Shown here piece after piece: positions 10,306-19,732 of a DNA stretch of 50,058 bases; position 1 is the first letter of the stretch; every line of letters starts with the position of its first letter. The notes beneath the pieces were generated by a model. It did no database searches. It saw only the letters and a list, made by a program, of their open reading frames with translations, and was not told where the DNA came from. The translations under genes were made by a program, and so were the position numbers. The DNA lies in assembly GCA_013166835.1 (NCBI GenBank), contig JABLTI010000008.1:1-50058 (forward strand), in the 5' to 3' direction. The stretch comes from Promethearchaeati archaeon (GTDB taxonomy: Archaea > Asgardarchaeota > Heimdallarchaeia > JABLTI01).

Positions 10306-11568
10306 CTAACCTTTCTTCTTCTTTTTAGGTTCAACAATCCATTTTTGTGAGCTTGTTTCTTGGGTTATGTGTACGAAAAGATTCGATCCTATATTTCTAT
10401 TAACAATTACTCCAGTTCCAATAGCTGAATTATTACCAACTATTACCCCTGGCATAAAAAAGACATCAATAGCAGTTTTCACATTATCACCCATAATAAC
10501 TCCTATTTTTCTTCTCCTAGTTGATGTTACTTTCCCATCTACTTCGGCTTTGACTGTTTTATCATCTAATCTTAGATTACCAGTTATTGTTCCTGCTCCA
10601 AAATTACAGTCTATTCCTATGATGGAATCCCCGACATATGATAGATGAGCAATATGTGTTCCATCAAAAACAATAGTATTTTTTAACTCACAACCATTCC
10701 CGATTCTTACTTTGTTACCTAAAGAGACTCCTTTTCTAATGTAGCAATTTGGGCCTATGTTACAATTTTTTCCAATTGCTAATGGTCCTTCTAAATAACT
10801 TCCAGCACGGATTCTTGTTCCTTCTCCAATGGAAACTTTCCCGATGATTGTAGCTCCTTTCTCAATGGTTCCTTCTTTACTCTCTTCAATATTGTTAATT
10901 AGAACTTGATTTGCATCTAAAAGATTCCATAAGTAGTTTATCTGCCAAAACTCCATTTTTTCCTCTTCAAAAACCAAAGTTTGTGTTAAACTTCTGGTTT
11001 GATTCCTGACTTTGGTAAGGATATCATTTACACATTTCGCGTTTAGAGTGCTCGAATCCAAGAACTTCTTATCAAAATAACCTAATCCAAGACATTCTTT
11101 CTTTTCATCATCATTTTCTACTAAAGCTATTTTTCCTGTTCCCTCAGCTTTTCCCATAAACTCATCCAAGAATGCTGAACTAAAAATAACGTTTCCATCT
11201 AACCAGATAGAATTCTTTGTTAGTAATCCCTCATGTAAAGTGTCCTGTAATTCTTTGGTTATGCCTTTAACAGGATCAAAATCGATGATTGTGAAAGGAC
11301 CTATCTCATTAATAGGAGCACTAACCTCTTGATAATCTCTAAGGGCATCATACAATAATTTTCGATCATCTTTATCAGCTAGTAATATTACCTTTTCAAC
11401 CCCATGGTTTTTGCCAATTTCATAGAACCATTCAGCTATGGTTTTACCTGCTACTTGAAACAGTGCTGCAGGTCGATTCTCAACCAAAGGAAATAATTGC
11501 TTATTCTTTATTTGAGAAATGAAAACTATCATTGAATGTTTATTTTTAGTTTCAGCCAATATAATCAA
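10306..11568 (-). CDS. glmU: GlmU-like protein: intact left-handed beta-helix acetyltransferase with degenerate nucleotidyltransferase domain
   Basis: Hexapeptide repeats with HLSYVGDS and NFGAGTITGN; the N-terminal domain lacks LAAGxGTR; lies directly downstream of glmM. Confidence 0.75.
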   Translation of the reverse strand: MIILAETKNKHSMIVFISQIKNKQLFPLVENRPAALFQVAGKTIAEWFYEIGKNHGVEKVILLADKDDRKLLYDALRDYQEVSAPINEIGPFTIIDFDPVKGITKELQDTLHEGLLTKNSIWLDGNVIFSSAFLDEFMGKAEGTGKIALVENDDEKKECLGLGYFDKKFLDSSTLNAKCVNDILTKVRNQTRSLTQTLVFEEEKMEFWQINYLWNLLDANQVLINNIEESKEGTIEKGATIIGKVSIGEGTRIRAGSYLEGPLAIGKNCNIGPNCYIRKGVSLGNKVRIGNGCELKNTIVFDGTHIAHLSYVGDSIIGIDCNFGAGTITGNLRLDDKTVKAEVDGKVTSTRRRKIGVIMGDNVKTAIDVFFMPGVIVGNNSAIGTGVIVNRNIGSNLFVHITQETSSQKWIVEPKKKKKG

Positions 11569-11576
11569 GCCAACCT

Positions 11577-12968
11577 TTATTTCTGAGCTTTTTTAATCTC
11601 TTGTTCTACAATCTTGGAATAATTTTCTAATCTTTCTTCTGATTCTTTCTTAGTCATCGCTTGTGAAGTTACTCGGAAGTAGGGTTCTGTACCGCTTGGA
11701 CGAATTAGCACCCAGCTATCATCCTCAAAATTAAGTCGTAATCCATCCATTTTAAGGATGTCCTTAAAATCATCTTTTGCAGTTAATTTCTTATCTAATG
11801 CTTTTAGAACCACTTGTTTCAGTTCATTTTCACAACTTATTTTTACTCTATTAACTGGAAAATCCTCTACTGAATCAACCAACTTGTAAAGTGGTCCACT
11901 ATCCACGACCCATTCAAGAATTTTCAAGCCAGTGAGAGGTCCATCAGGGCATAAATGATATTTAGGGTGTATCCATGCACCACAAGGTTCCCCGCCAAAG
12001 ATTGCTTTTTCTTCAGCAACCATGTTTCCTATAGCAACGTCTCCTACTTTAGTACGTTTTACTTTCCCACCCGCTTCTACAACTAGTTTATCTATTAACA
12101 TAGATGCATCAACATGAGTTATTACAAGTCCTTTGCCAGAATTTTGTTCAACAACATACTTGGCATAAAGTGCAATTAATACATCTTGTGGCACATATCT
12201 ACCTTTTTCATCCACAGCAACGCATCTATCTGCATCTCCATCATATGCTAAACCTATTGTTTTATTTTCACTTTTCTCTGCTTGTTTTTTCACTGAATCA
12301 ATGAGTTGCGTAAGATTTTTTGCTTCAGGTTCTGAAGGTCTTACTGAGAATGTGGGATCAAACATTCCATTTATTGAAATCAAATTAATCCCAAGTTCTT
12401 GATAGGTATTGTAAATGGTTTCACAAGCAGCTCCTCCACCAGGATCAGCTATAACTGATTTGAAAACACTAAAATCTACATCTACTACAGCATCTAATAA
12501 CATTTCATTATATAATTCTGAACCTAAAATTTCAACATCTGCACCAAATTTCTCCCAAGGTTGGATTGGTAAATCATTATTAGCAATTGCTTCCTCTATT
12601 TTTGCCTCATCAATAGGTGATAATCCCATGCTTGTTTTATCAAAGACCTTTATTCCATTATATTCTGCGGGATTGTGTGAAGCTGTTAACATAACTCCTG
12701 CACATGCATTTGTTTTATGTGTATGATAAGCTAGAGCAGGAGTTGGCATAATTCCCTTTCGCTCAATGCTGCTGCCACCAGAAATAAGACCTGAACAAAT
12801 TGCATGTTCTAACATTGGTCCGCTTGATCGAGGATCTCGAGCAACAATAACATTAGATTCTGCATTCTGACAAATAGCATTGCTTATTGCTAATCCTACT
12901 TTAACCACGAAATTTGGCGGGAGTTCAGAGACTTTGCGACGAATACCTGATGTGCTGAAAAGCTTCAT
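11577..12968 (-). CDS. glmM: Phosphoglucosamine mutase / phosphohexomutase
   Basis: FSTSGIR, TASHNP (phosphoserine loop), DGDADR (metal loop), GGEPCG and IRPSGTEP. Confidence 0.88.
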   Translation of the reverse strand: MKLFSTSGIRRKVSELPPNFVVKVGLAISNAICQNAESNVIVARDPRSSGPMLEHAICSGLISGGSSIERKGIMPTPALAYHTHKTNACAGVMLTASHNPAEYNGIKVFDKTSMGLSPIDEAKIEEAIANNDLPIQPWEKFGADVEILGSELYNEMLLDAVVDVDFSVFKSVIADPGGGAACETIYNTYQELGINLISINGMFDPTFSVRPSEPEAKNLTQLIDSVKKQAEKSENKTIGLAYDGDADRCVAVDEKGRYVPQDVLIALYAKYVVEQNSGKGLVITHVDASMLIDKLVVEAGGKVKRTKVGDVAIGNMVAEEKAIFGGEPCGAWIHPKYHLCPDGPLTGLKILEWVVDSGPLYKLVDSVEDFPVNRVKISCENELKQVVLKALDKKLTAKDDFKDILKMDGLRLNFEDDSWVLIRPSGTEPYFRVTSQAMTKKESEERLENYSKIVEQEIKKAQK

Positions 12969-13061
12969 TTAAATTCAATCCATTAATCTAGCGTTAATAG
13001 TTCTACTGTAGAAATCACAATAAACAAGCAATTCAAAAATTTATCTTTAGAAATAGCATTT

Positions 13062-13113
13062 AGAAGAAAAGAAAACAAAAAAAGAGGGGTTATCCTCGCA
13101 TTTTCATGCGAGG
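13062..13113 (-). terminator. Hairpin plus U-tract downstream of the wHTH gene
   Basis: Minus strand reads CCTCGCAT-GAAA-ATGCGAGG (8-bp stem, 13094-13113), followed by a long T-rich run. Confidence 0.6.
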
Positions 13114-13165
13114 CATATTTAACCATCTTGAATAGTGAACAAAGTTAATTAAGTTGACCGAAATT

Positions 13166-13405
13166 TTAACCTGTTTCTACGAAATATTTTGATGAACGCA
13201 TATCAAGTAGGTAAGGTGCCTTTTTGACTAGGCCCTCTTTCGTTAAACGTTTTAAGGCATATCTAACAGTTCTAGGTGCGAGATCGCACTTTTGAATTAA
13301 ATCCTTTGAAGTTAAAGGTCCTTGCTCAGATAAGAGTGTGTAAATCGCTCTTGCTGATGGGGGTAATTGTTCTGCGACAGTCAGCATATTAATAGTCATC
13401 TCCAA
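13166..13405 (-). CDS. Small archaeal winged-helix DNA-binding protein (MarR-like)
   Basis: LPPSARAIY...GPLT...LAPRTVRYALKRL...DMR matches a conserved archaeal wHTH family; the start may be 13399 or 13387. Confidence 0.85.
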   Translation of the reverse strand: MEMTINMLTVAEQLPPSARAIYTLLSEQGPLTSKDLIQKCDLAPRTVRYALKRLTKEGLVKKAPYLLDMRSSKYFVETG

Positions 13406-13827
13406 GAAGAAAGAGCATTCATTTCAATATAAAAGAACTCTGAAGAATTCTTACCTTACATCTAGTAAAGTTCTTCCGTGTTCTAGCAAATCTATCCGCA
13501 TAATTTTCTTCGAATCTTTGCCTCTATTCCGTTTTTTCACGGAATTTCATAACTCTTTCTTATTTTTCCACGATTTATGCTGTAAAACAGCCGAAATCGT
13601 TTCTATGGTTTTTATATTCGATCAAATAGTAGCTATTTTATCGAATGATAATCGCTCTTGTTTTATTGTTGGAGTGTTTTGTATTTAAATGCCAATAATA
13701 TCTAGAATGGTATTTATTTGGAGAAGGATAAAATTCAAAGAAATGTTAAGATATATATGGCAGTAGCGATATATTATTACTGTAATTAATTGTTGGAATT
13801 ATTACAAATACAAAAAGGTAGTCAAAA

Positions 13828-14310
13828 TTGGTAGAGGAAGAAAATCTTCGAGATAGTATGGCTTTTAAAGAATATTCAACAGGCGAGAGATCTAAGATCA
13901 AACATCCTTGGATTACAATCGTTATTTCGGGTATTCTCGTGTCAGTAGCTATGGTTTTAACAAATTTGTTAGCTGTAGCATTGCATGCAAATCCGTTTTC
14001 TTTTAATCTTATCCTGGGTTTATATGGAATTCCAGCTGGTTTTGCTTGTGCTTGGAAAAATAAAACTCTTAGTGCTATCACATCTTTAAGGTATTCTTCT
14101 TATAGTGCATTGATTGCAACAGCTACATATTTCCTTATAAGTTTGATAATGTTATTGATTTCTCCAACGAATGCTGTAGGGGCAATTCTAAGTATAGGTT
14201 CGTTAGTAATTGCTTGTTTAATATTAGCTGTATTCTTTATTTGTGTAACTTTTGCAGCCGGTGCAATGGTTGGAACGATCGCTCTAGGCGTTAGAGATAG
14301 CAAAGGCTGA
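13828..14310 (+). CDS. Hypothetical membrane protein (about 4 TM)
   Basis: Hydrophobic segments; fills the gap between flanking genes. Confidence 0.65.
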   Translation: MVEEENLRDSMAFKEYSTGERSKIKHPWITIVISGILVSVAMVLTNLLAVALHANPFSFNLILGLYGIPAGFACAWKNKTLSAITSLRYSSYSALIATATYFLISLIMLLISPTNAVGAILSIGSLVIACLILAVFFICVTFAAGAMVGTIALGVRDSKG

Positions 14311-14422
14311 ATCATTTTTCAAATCACTTTTCGCTCAATTATGAGCGATAAAATTAAGTATTATGTAATTTATTTGATTTTAGAATTATTAATTTCTTAG
14401 TTTATAATTTGGAAGTGAAATA

Positions 14423-14812
14423 ATGACTCCAAAGAAGAAAAAGAGCTCTCAAACTCGCAAAAGAAGATATGGTACTTGGTTTTTGGTTGGACAAGTCCTC
14501 ATTATCGTTGGTGCTGCTTTAATTATTGCTGCAGCAATAATAGACATAATTAATGGACTAGGATCACCGAATGATTATTGGGAATCTTACACTTTCGGTC
14601 AATTAAATCCTATAGTGGGTGTTGTTATAGCTTTTGTAGCTGCAGTAGCGATTCTCTGGCTTGCTATTGATAAACGAGCGTACTACGGATTAAATCTCTA
14701 TCTTTATGCTGTAATTATCATTATCCTTGCTTGTCTTGCAGGAAATGTCGGAGCATTAGTTTGTATGATTGGTGCACTAGTAATAATTTTCTATCGGATA
14801 TCTCGAGATTGA
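14423..14812 (+). CDS. Hypothetical membrane protein with basic N-terminus
   Basis: KKKK/RKRR N-terminus followed by about 4 hydrophobic helices. Confidence 0.7.
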   Translation: MTPKKKKSSQTRKRRYGTWFLVGQVLIIVGAALIIAAAIIDIINGLGSPNDYWESYTFGQLNPIVGVVIAFVAAVAILWLAIDKRAYYGLNLYLYAVIIIILACLAGNVGALVCMIGALVIIFYRISRD

Positions 14813-14825
14813 ATTCTGAGAAAGG

Positions 14826-15374
14826 ATGAGTTTTATGCCCTCTAAGAGATCCAAAAGGAAAGCAAAGCTAAGTACAGGTACAAAAGAAAATATTGATACA
14901 ATTATTACTGAATTATCAATTATTATAGGCCGAAAAGGCTGGCCTAAAGATGAACCAGGAAAAGTACTTGGTGATGCTTTCAAAAATGTAGATACTCACA
15001 TAGCTGCCGTTTCTTTAGCGGTACCTGAAGTTGACCCATTGTGGTATGAATCAGGAGCAAGAGAGGCTTTCCTAAAAATAAGACGAAATAGAAAAAGAGC
15101 AATCGGATTTTTGATTACTATTGCAGTTATTATTGCCCTTGTTGTCCTAGCAAGTGCTATCGTAGCTGTCCTTTTGATATCTGATTGGTATAAGTGGATT
15201 ATACTTCTCGGAGCTGCTTTAGTTTTATTTCTGGGTTCTTCGAGTATTCCGAAATATATTATGGGTCCATATATGGTGAAAAAGGATTTACAAATTCCTG
15301 AAAAATTCAATTCGGAATGTGTTCTGATAAATAAATTTGTAAAAGATCTTATTCAACTCAGGAGAAAATCTTGA
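14826..15374 (+). CDS. Hypothetical membrane protein (2 TM hairpin)
   Basis: Soluble N-terminal region and two long hydrophobic segments; starts 13 nt after the previous gene. Confidence 0.7.
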   Translation: MSFMPSKRSKRKAKLSTGTKENIDTIITELSIIIGRKGWPKDEPGKVLGDAFKNVDTHIAAVSLAVPEVDPLWYESGAREAFLKIRRNRKRAIGFLITIAVIIALVVLASAIVAVLLISDWYKWIILLGAALVLFLGSSSIPKYIMGPYMVKKDLQIPEKFNSECVLINKFVKDLIQLRRKS

Positions 15375-15507
15375 ATTTCTCCTAACAGTCTTTTTTTTTC
15401 CCTCTAATTTCTTGCTCATATAGAAAGTCTTTTTCGATTGAATGACAAAGTTATCATAGAACAAAAAACCATTATGAAATGAACTGCTAAGTGAGGTGTA
15501 AATTTAG

Positions 15508-16752
15508 ATGGTTTCTGTAGGTGTTATTAAAGTCAAATGCGATGCTTGTAGAGAAATCATCAAAGGAAAGTATATTCATTTCTCAGACGGTTCAATTTTT
15601 TGTAATGAATGTTTTCATTATCTCCCGAAATGTATTAGCTGTAAAAAACCTATCATTGGTGGCGAAGATAGCTCAATAGATGGTTTTTGCTCTATTTGTC
15701 ACAATAGAGCACCAAAGTGTGATATTTGTGAAAAAGCAATCATTGGTAGTTATACAAGATTTACTGATAAATCAATTTCATGCGATGACTGCATGAAGAA
15801 ATATCTAAAATGTGAACGATGCGGAAAACCAGTAGTAAGGTATACAAAAATTCGAGGAAACATTCTCTGTAGATTCTGTTTAACACACGCAACTCGTTGC
15901 CATGTTTGTAGCAATCCAATAATTGGCACATATTGGATTTTTGATAAGGATATCGTTTGCGATTATTGCTATAAAATTTATGAACGTTGTAATATGTGTG
16001 GCATACCTAGTCAATTCTTATTTACTGTACATGATAAGAAACTATGTTATATTTGTCAAGAAAAAGCTAAACGTTGTTCTGCTTGTGGTTTACCAATTGT
16101 AGGTCGATATTATTCTTACAAAACTAAGGAAGGGATATTTTGCGAACACTGTGAGCATTTAGCTCCACATTGTGATTCATGTGGACGTCCATTAGGGATT
16201 CAATATGTAGACATTTCAGATGGAAGGAAAATCTGTCTTGAATGTCAAAGAAGTGCTATAATCACAGAAGAACAACTAAATGATCTGATTAATACAGCTA
16301 ATAGTGGATTAGCAAGTTTTGGATTGAAAATAAACCATAATATTAACTACAGACTAATTTCAAGAAATCTACTAAACAAGCGAATAAAAGAAGCAGGCGT
16401 GGACATAGCTGCTGGTAAGAATCTTGGGTTATTCCAAAGAAAGGAAAACAAAATGAATATCTATATACAATCGCATTTACCTATACAACTAGCGTTAGGA
16501 ACTATTTGTCACGAAATAGCTCATGCATGGTTGTCAGAGAATGTCAGAATTGAAACACAACCACTTCATATTCGAGAAGGCTTTTGTGAATGGGTTTCTT
16601 ATAAGATACTAAAGAAATATGGTTATCATGGTCAAGCGGAATTAATACTTTCAAGAGATGACATTTATGGTCTTGGATTTCAGAAATTCTTGGAATTTGA
16701 AAAGAAAAATAGTATTCATGCACTTTTAGAATGGGCAAAAATAGTTCGTTGA
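15508..16752 (+). CDS. LIM-like zinc-finger repeat protein with DA1-like zinc metallopeptidase domain
   Basis: 16 CxxC motifs in tandem; C-terminal HEIAH...EGFCE and IYGLGF resemble the DA1 peptidase domain. Confidence 0.8.
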   Translation: MVSVGVIKVKCDACREIIKGKYIHFSDGSIFCNECFHYLPKCISCKKPIIGGEDSSIDGFCSICHNRAPKCDICEKAIIGSYTRFTDKSISCDDCMKKYLKCERCGKPVVRYTKIRGNILCRFCLTHATRCHVCSNPIIGTYWIFDKDIVCDYCYKIYERCNMCGIPSQFLFTVHDKKLCYICQEKAKRCSACGLPIVGRYYSYKTKEGIFCEHCEHLAPHCDSCGRPLGIQYVDISDGRKICLECQRSAIITEEQLNDLINTANSGLASFGLKINHNINYRLISRNLLNKRIKEAGVDIAAGKNLGLFQRKENKMNIYIQSHLPIQLALGTICHEIAHAWLSENVRIETQPLHIREGFCEWVSYKILKKYGYHGQAELILSRDDIYGLGFQKFLEFEKKNSIHALLEWAKIVR

Positions 16753-16774
16753 TTTTGAGAGAATATGCATTAAT

Positions 16775-17152
16775 TTACTCAAAAAAACCACTTTCAATTA
16801 ATTCCCCAAATGGATCTTTATTTACTACTACATAAAGAAATACTTCATATCCTAATTCTTCAAGAAAGATTCTCTCTCGGTTATAAAATTCCGGTACTCC
16901 TTCCAGCTTGTCAATTTTTTCTACCGTTTTTTGCGGGACCTCAAAAATCTCAATATGGATTTTATTCACTTTCTCAGATGGAAAGAGAAGAGGGAAACCA
17001 CCGTCAGAATACATTTGATAAGGAAGTTGAACTAATCCTCGAAAAATTGGTTTCCTAGGGTTTAGGTAGTAAAAATAATTTGGAAAATTTTCTTTTAGAG
17101 TTCCATACACTGCAAGCAGAAAGATTTCCTCATTATTCCCCTGATTATTCAT
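16775..17152 (-). CDS. Gamma-glutamylcyclotransferase (AIG2-like) family protein
   Basis: VYGTLK, GGFP and DKLEG...YNR motifs. Confidence 0.85.
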   Translation of the reverse strand: MNNQGNNEEIFLLAVYGTLKENFPNYFYYLNPRKPIFRGLVQLPYQMYSDGGFPLLFPSEKVNKIHIEIFEVPQKTVEKIDKLEGVPEFYNRERIFLEELGYEVFLYVVVNKDPFGELIESGFFE

Positions 17153-17203
17153 TGGAATTTCCCCAATAGGATTAATTGTTATTTCTAGCTTTTTCGTTTT
17201 TCT

Positions 17204-18715
17204 TTATGCACCAATTTTGCCTTCGAAAAACTGTTGCACTTTCATTTGAGATGATTTTTTATTCGTTTGATCTCTCACATATGATCGAATCATACCAATA
17301 AAACCGATTGTAATTGCTACCATAAAGAGATAAAATGGAACTGTCCATTTTGACATAACTAATAGCCAAATATTAAACCCGAAGAACATCACTCCAGCAG
17401 TTAGCATACCAATTGGTAAGTACTTCTTATCCGATGTGAAATGTGTTAATGAACCGAGTAATGCTATCAATATCATTGGTGTGAAATACGCAGTATAGAA
17501 TTTGTATACCCCTCGAGGCATGAAAATATGAGTGAAAATTGTATAAGCAGCAATCCACTCGAAAAATTCAATACCATCAAGTTTAGATTTATATGACCTC
17601 CAAAACATGAAAACTGCAATAATACTAGCACTAAGGATCATCCAAAGCATTGAGTAATTACCAAACGATGCCAGAACTAACAAAGGACCACCCAACCCTA
17701 GCTGTTCCAGAGATTTTGCGAAGGAGACACAATCATTTGAAGCTGGATTAACTGGTTCGAATCTTAACTCTATTGGTCTTCCAGGGAACAGCATATGTCT
17801 TCCATATTGATAGGGAGAAATGAATAACCATGGAACAGATAATAAAAGAACTACCCCAACAAACAAAGCAGCATTCATTATGCTTTCAACTATCGCTTCC
17901 CTTACAGATTTATTTCTAACCTTCTCACCGAGCATTACCATGAACAATGGATAGGAAAAGAATAAGGCATTCTGTTTAGTCATTGTAGCAATTGCTAACC
18001 AGAAAAATGCTTGCCACCATTTCTTCTTAATGGCAAAGTAAAAAGCGATGATCGTCAGAAGTGTTACCGGACCAGGATTTAACCAATACACTCCATCATA
18101 AATGATATTTATTGGCGCTAATGCCATGAGCAATCCACCGAAAATAGCAATGCCACGTTTATGTTTGCTTTTAATGATGTTTTTGAGTATTAGATATACT
18201 ACGCCTGCACACGCAGCATCAGTGAAGATCATGGGAAAAGCCATCCATAGATTGCTCATACCAGGTCTCCATGTTAGAACAAGGAAATACAGAAAAACAG
18301 GCGGATACGAATAGTAATCTAAAACATTAGTTGGTTCTATCCAACGATATGGATACCAATTATCAGTATACCAAGCTGTAATCCATGAGTGATAATAAAA
18401 CCCAAAATCTGCAAACCCTCTGAAATCTATATTGTTTATTCCAAACGGTAAACCATAATTCCAAACATTAAAACCGGACCCGTAACCCCAAGTATCTCGA
18501 AATTCATATGATAATAAAATTCTAATGAATAAAGCCATGGAGATTAATAAAACAATAATAGAAATATCTAGACCAATTTCAGACCAATTCTCTTGTTTAA
18601 TTCGATTATTTAAACCATCAGAAATCTTTTGATTGAAATTCCTAAAATAATGTGCTAAACGTGAGGTGGGTTCTTCTGTGATAGTTTCGTCGCTTCCTGT
18701 TTTACTAGCTGGCAT
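17204..18715 (-). CDS. Polytopic GT-C-fold glycosyltransferase (GT87/PIG-M-like)
   Basis: About 11 TM; loop ADFGFYY...YSYPP, FTDAAC, TKQ. Family assignment by pattern only. Confidence 0.65.
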   Translation of the reverse strand: MPASKTGSDETITEEPTSRLAHYFRNFNQKISDGLNNRIKQENWSEIGLDISIIVLLISMALFIRILLSYEFRDTWGYGSGFNVWNYGLPFGINNIDFRGFADFGFYYHSWITAWYTDNWYPYRWIEPTNVLDYYSYPPVFLYFLVLTWRPGMSNLWMAFPMIFTDAACAGVVYLILKNIIKSKHKRGIAIFGGLLMALAPINIIYDGVYWLNPGPVTLLTIIAFYFAIKKKWWQAFFWLAIATMTKQNALFFSYPLFMVMLGEKVRNKSVREAIVESIMNAALFVGVVLLLSVPWLFISPYQYGRHMLFPGRPIELRFEPVNPASNDCVSFAKSLEQLGLGGPLLVLASFGNYSMLWMILSASIIAVFMFWRSYKSKLDGIEFFEWIAAYTIFTHIFMPRGVYKFYTAYFTPMILIALLGSLTHFTSDKKYLPIGMLTAGVMFFGFNIWLLVMSKWTVPFYLFMVAITIGFIGMIRSYVRDQTNKKSSQMKVQQFFEGKIGA

Positions 18716-18896
18716 TATTTGTTATCCTCTGAATGTATATCTTTCTTACAACTACTTTAACTATTAACTTTTTTACCGAAAACGAAAATACTATTCAGAA
18801 TGATTTATTAGTTGTGGAAAAATTTTTGAACAAAAGTTTAAAGTAGGATTAAGAGTTCTCCAAATAATAAGGGAGTACCTTCGGAGTATTGGACCA

Positions 18897-19649
18897 ATGG
18901 TAAAAGAACCTAGTAAAGATGATATGATTTTCGATGGAATGCTTTTTGCAATAAATACTGAATCTGGCCCAGTTCTCCGCCTGAATATCAGCTCCTTATC
19001 AGAACGAGAAGCAATCTCTACGGCTATTCATGGAATAACTGCTATAGGATTAGGAGAAGATCGAAACAGAGGTTTATTTGGCCCAATCCCAGTCCCATAC
19101 AATACACAATTTCGGGCATTGATATACGTTTTTTATGTAGAAACACAAACTAGCACAGATCCAATTGCTCAAGAAAAAGGACAATTTTGTGGCTTATTCT
19201 TTATTTTCAAAAAAGATATGATTAGATATATTGCCAATGTCTATTCAATGATTGAATCTTTGCTAAATGTTTACCAAGAGAATTATCTAGTAAAAGAGGA
19301 TCAATTGCAAAATGACACAATACAGTATATCTATGATGATTTAATTGCAAATCTAAAATTAAAACCAAAAATTCGAGTTTTTAGAGTAAATGATGGAATT
19401 ACAGTCGAATTCGAAGATGGAACAGTAAAATTAGGTAATGAATTAACTTTCCTAATAAGCGAAAAAGAAAAAATCGTATATTCCTACATCCCAAAAAACT
19501 TAGAGAAAAACAAGAAAGAACAAGTAATGAAAATTCTCGAACATATAATTAAAACCGAATACCAAAACTCATACAAATTAAAGAAAGTTTCATCCAAAAA
19601 ATCTTTTCAAGGTATTCTGAAGAAAAATGAGATAATTCTAATAAACTAG
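18897..19649 (+). CDS. Hypothetical protein, possible longin-like plus gelsolin-like domains
   Basis: 250-aa ORF with GGAGT upstream; domain calls come from sequence pattern only. Confidence 0.6.
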   Translation: MVKEPSKDDMIFDGMLFAINTESGPVLRLNISSLSEREAISTAIHGITAIGLGEDRNRGLFGPIPVPYNTQFRALIYVFYVETQTSTDPIAQEKGQFCGLFFIFKKDMIRYIANVYSMIESLLNVYQENYLVKEDQLQNDTIQYIYDDLIANLKLKPKIRVFRVNDGITVEFEDGTVKLGNELTFLISEKEKIVYSYIPKNLEKNKKEQVMKILEHIIKTEYQNSYKLKKVSSKKSFQGILKKNEIILIN

Positions 19650-19705
19650 AAAGAATTTTCAGAATTACTAATTAGCTGTTTTTAAAGTAAACATGTTGAG
19701 AATGA

Positions 19706-19725
19706 AACCAAAGGATCCTTTGGTT
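19706..19725. repeat. Perfect 20-bp palindrome
   Basis: AACCAAAGGA|TCCTTTGGTT, ending 7 nt upstream of the ATG at 19733. Confidence 0.85.
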
Positions 19726-19732
19726 AAAAGAA

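Noticed and set aside
13406-13827. About 420-bp spacer with a TTCCGT/ACGGAA hairpin and a 29-codon minus-strand ORF
   Set aside because: No recognisable RNA motif or coding signal; consistent with divergent promoter DNA.
14331-14348. TCGCTCA-ATTA-TGAGCGA inverted repeat (similar short stems at 20857-20875 and 31971-31988)
   Set aside because: 6-7 bp stems just after stop codons; plausible ordinary terminators, too short to support more.
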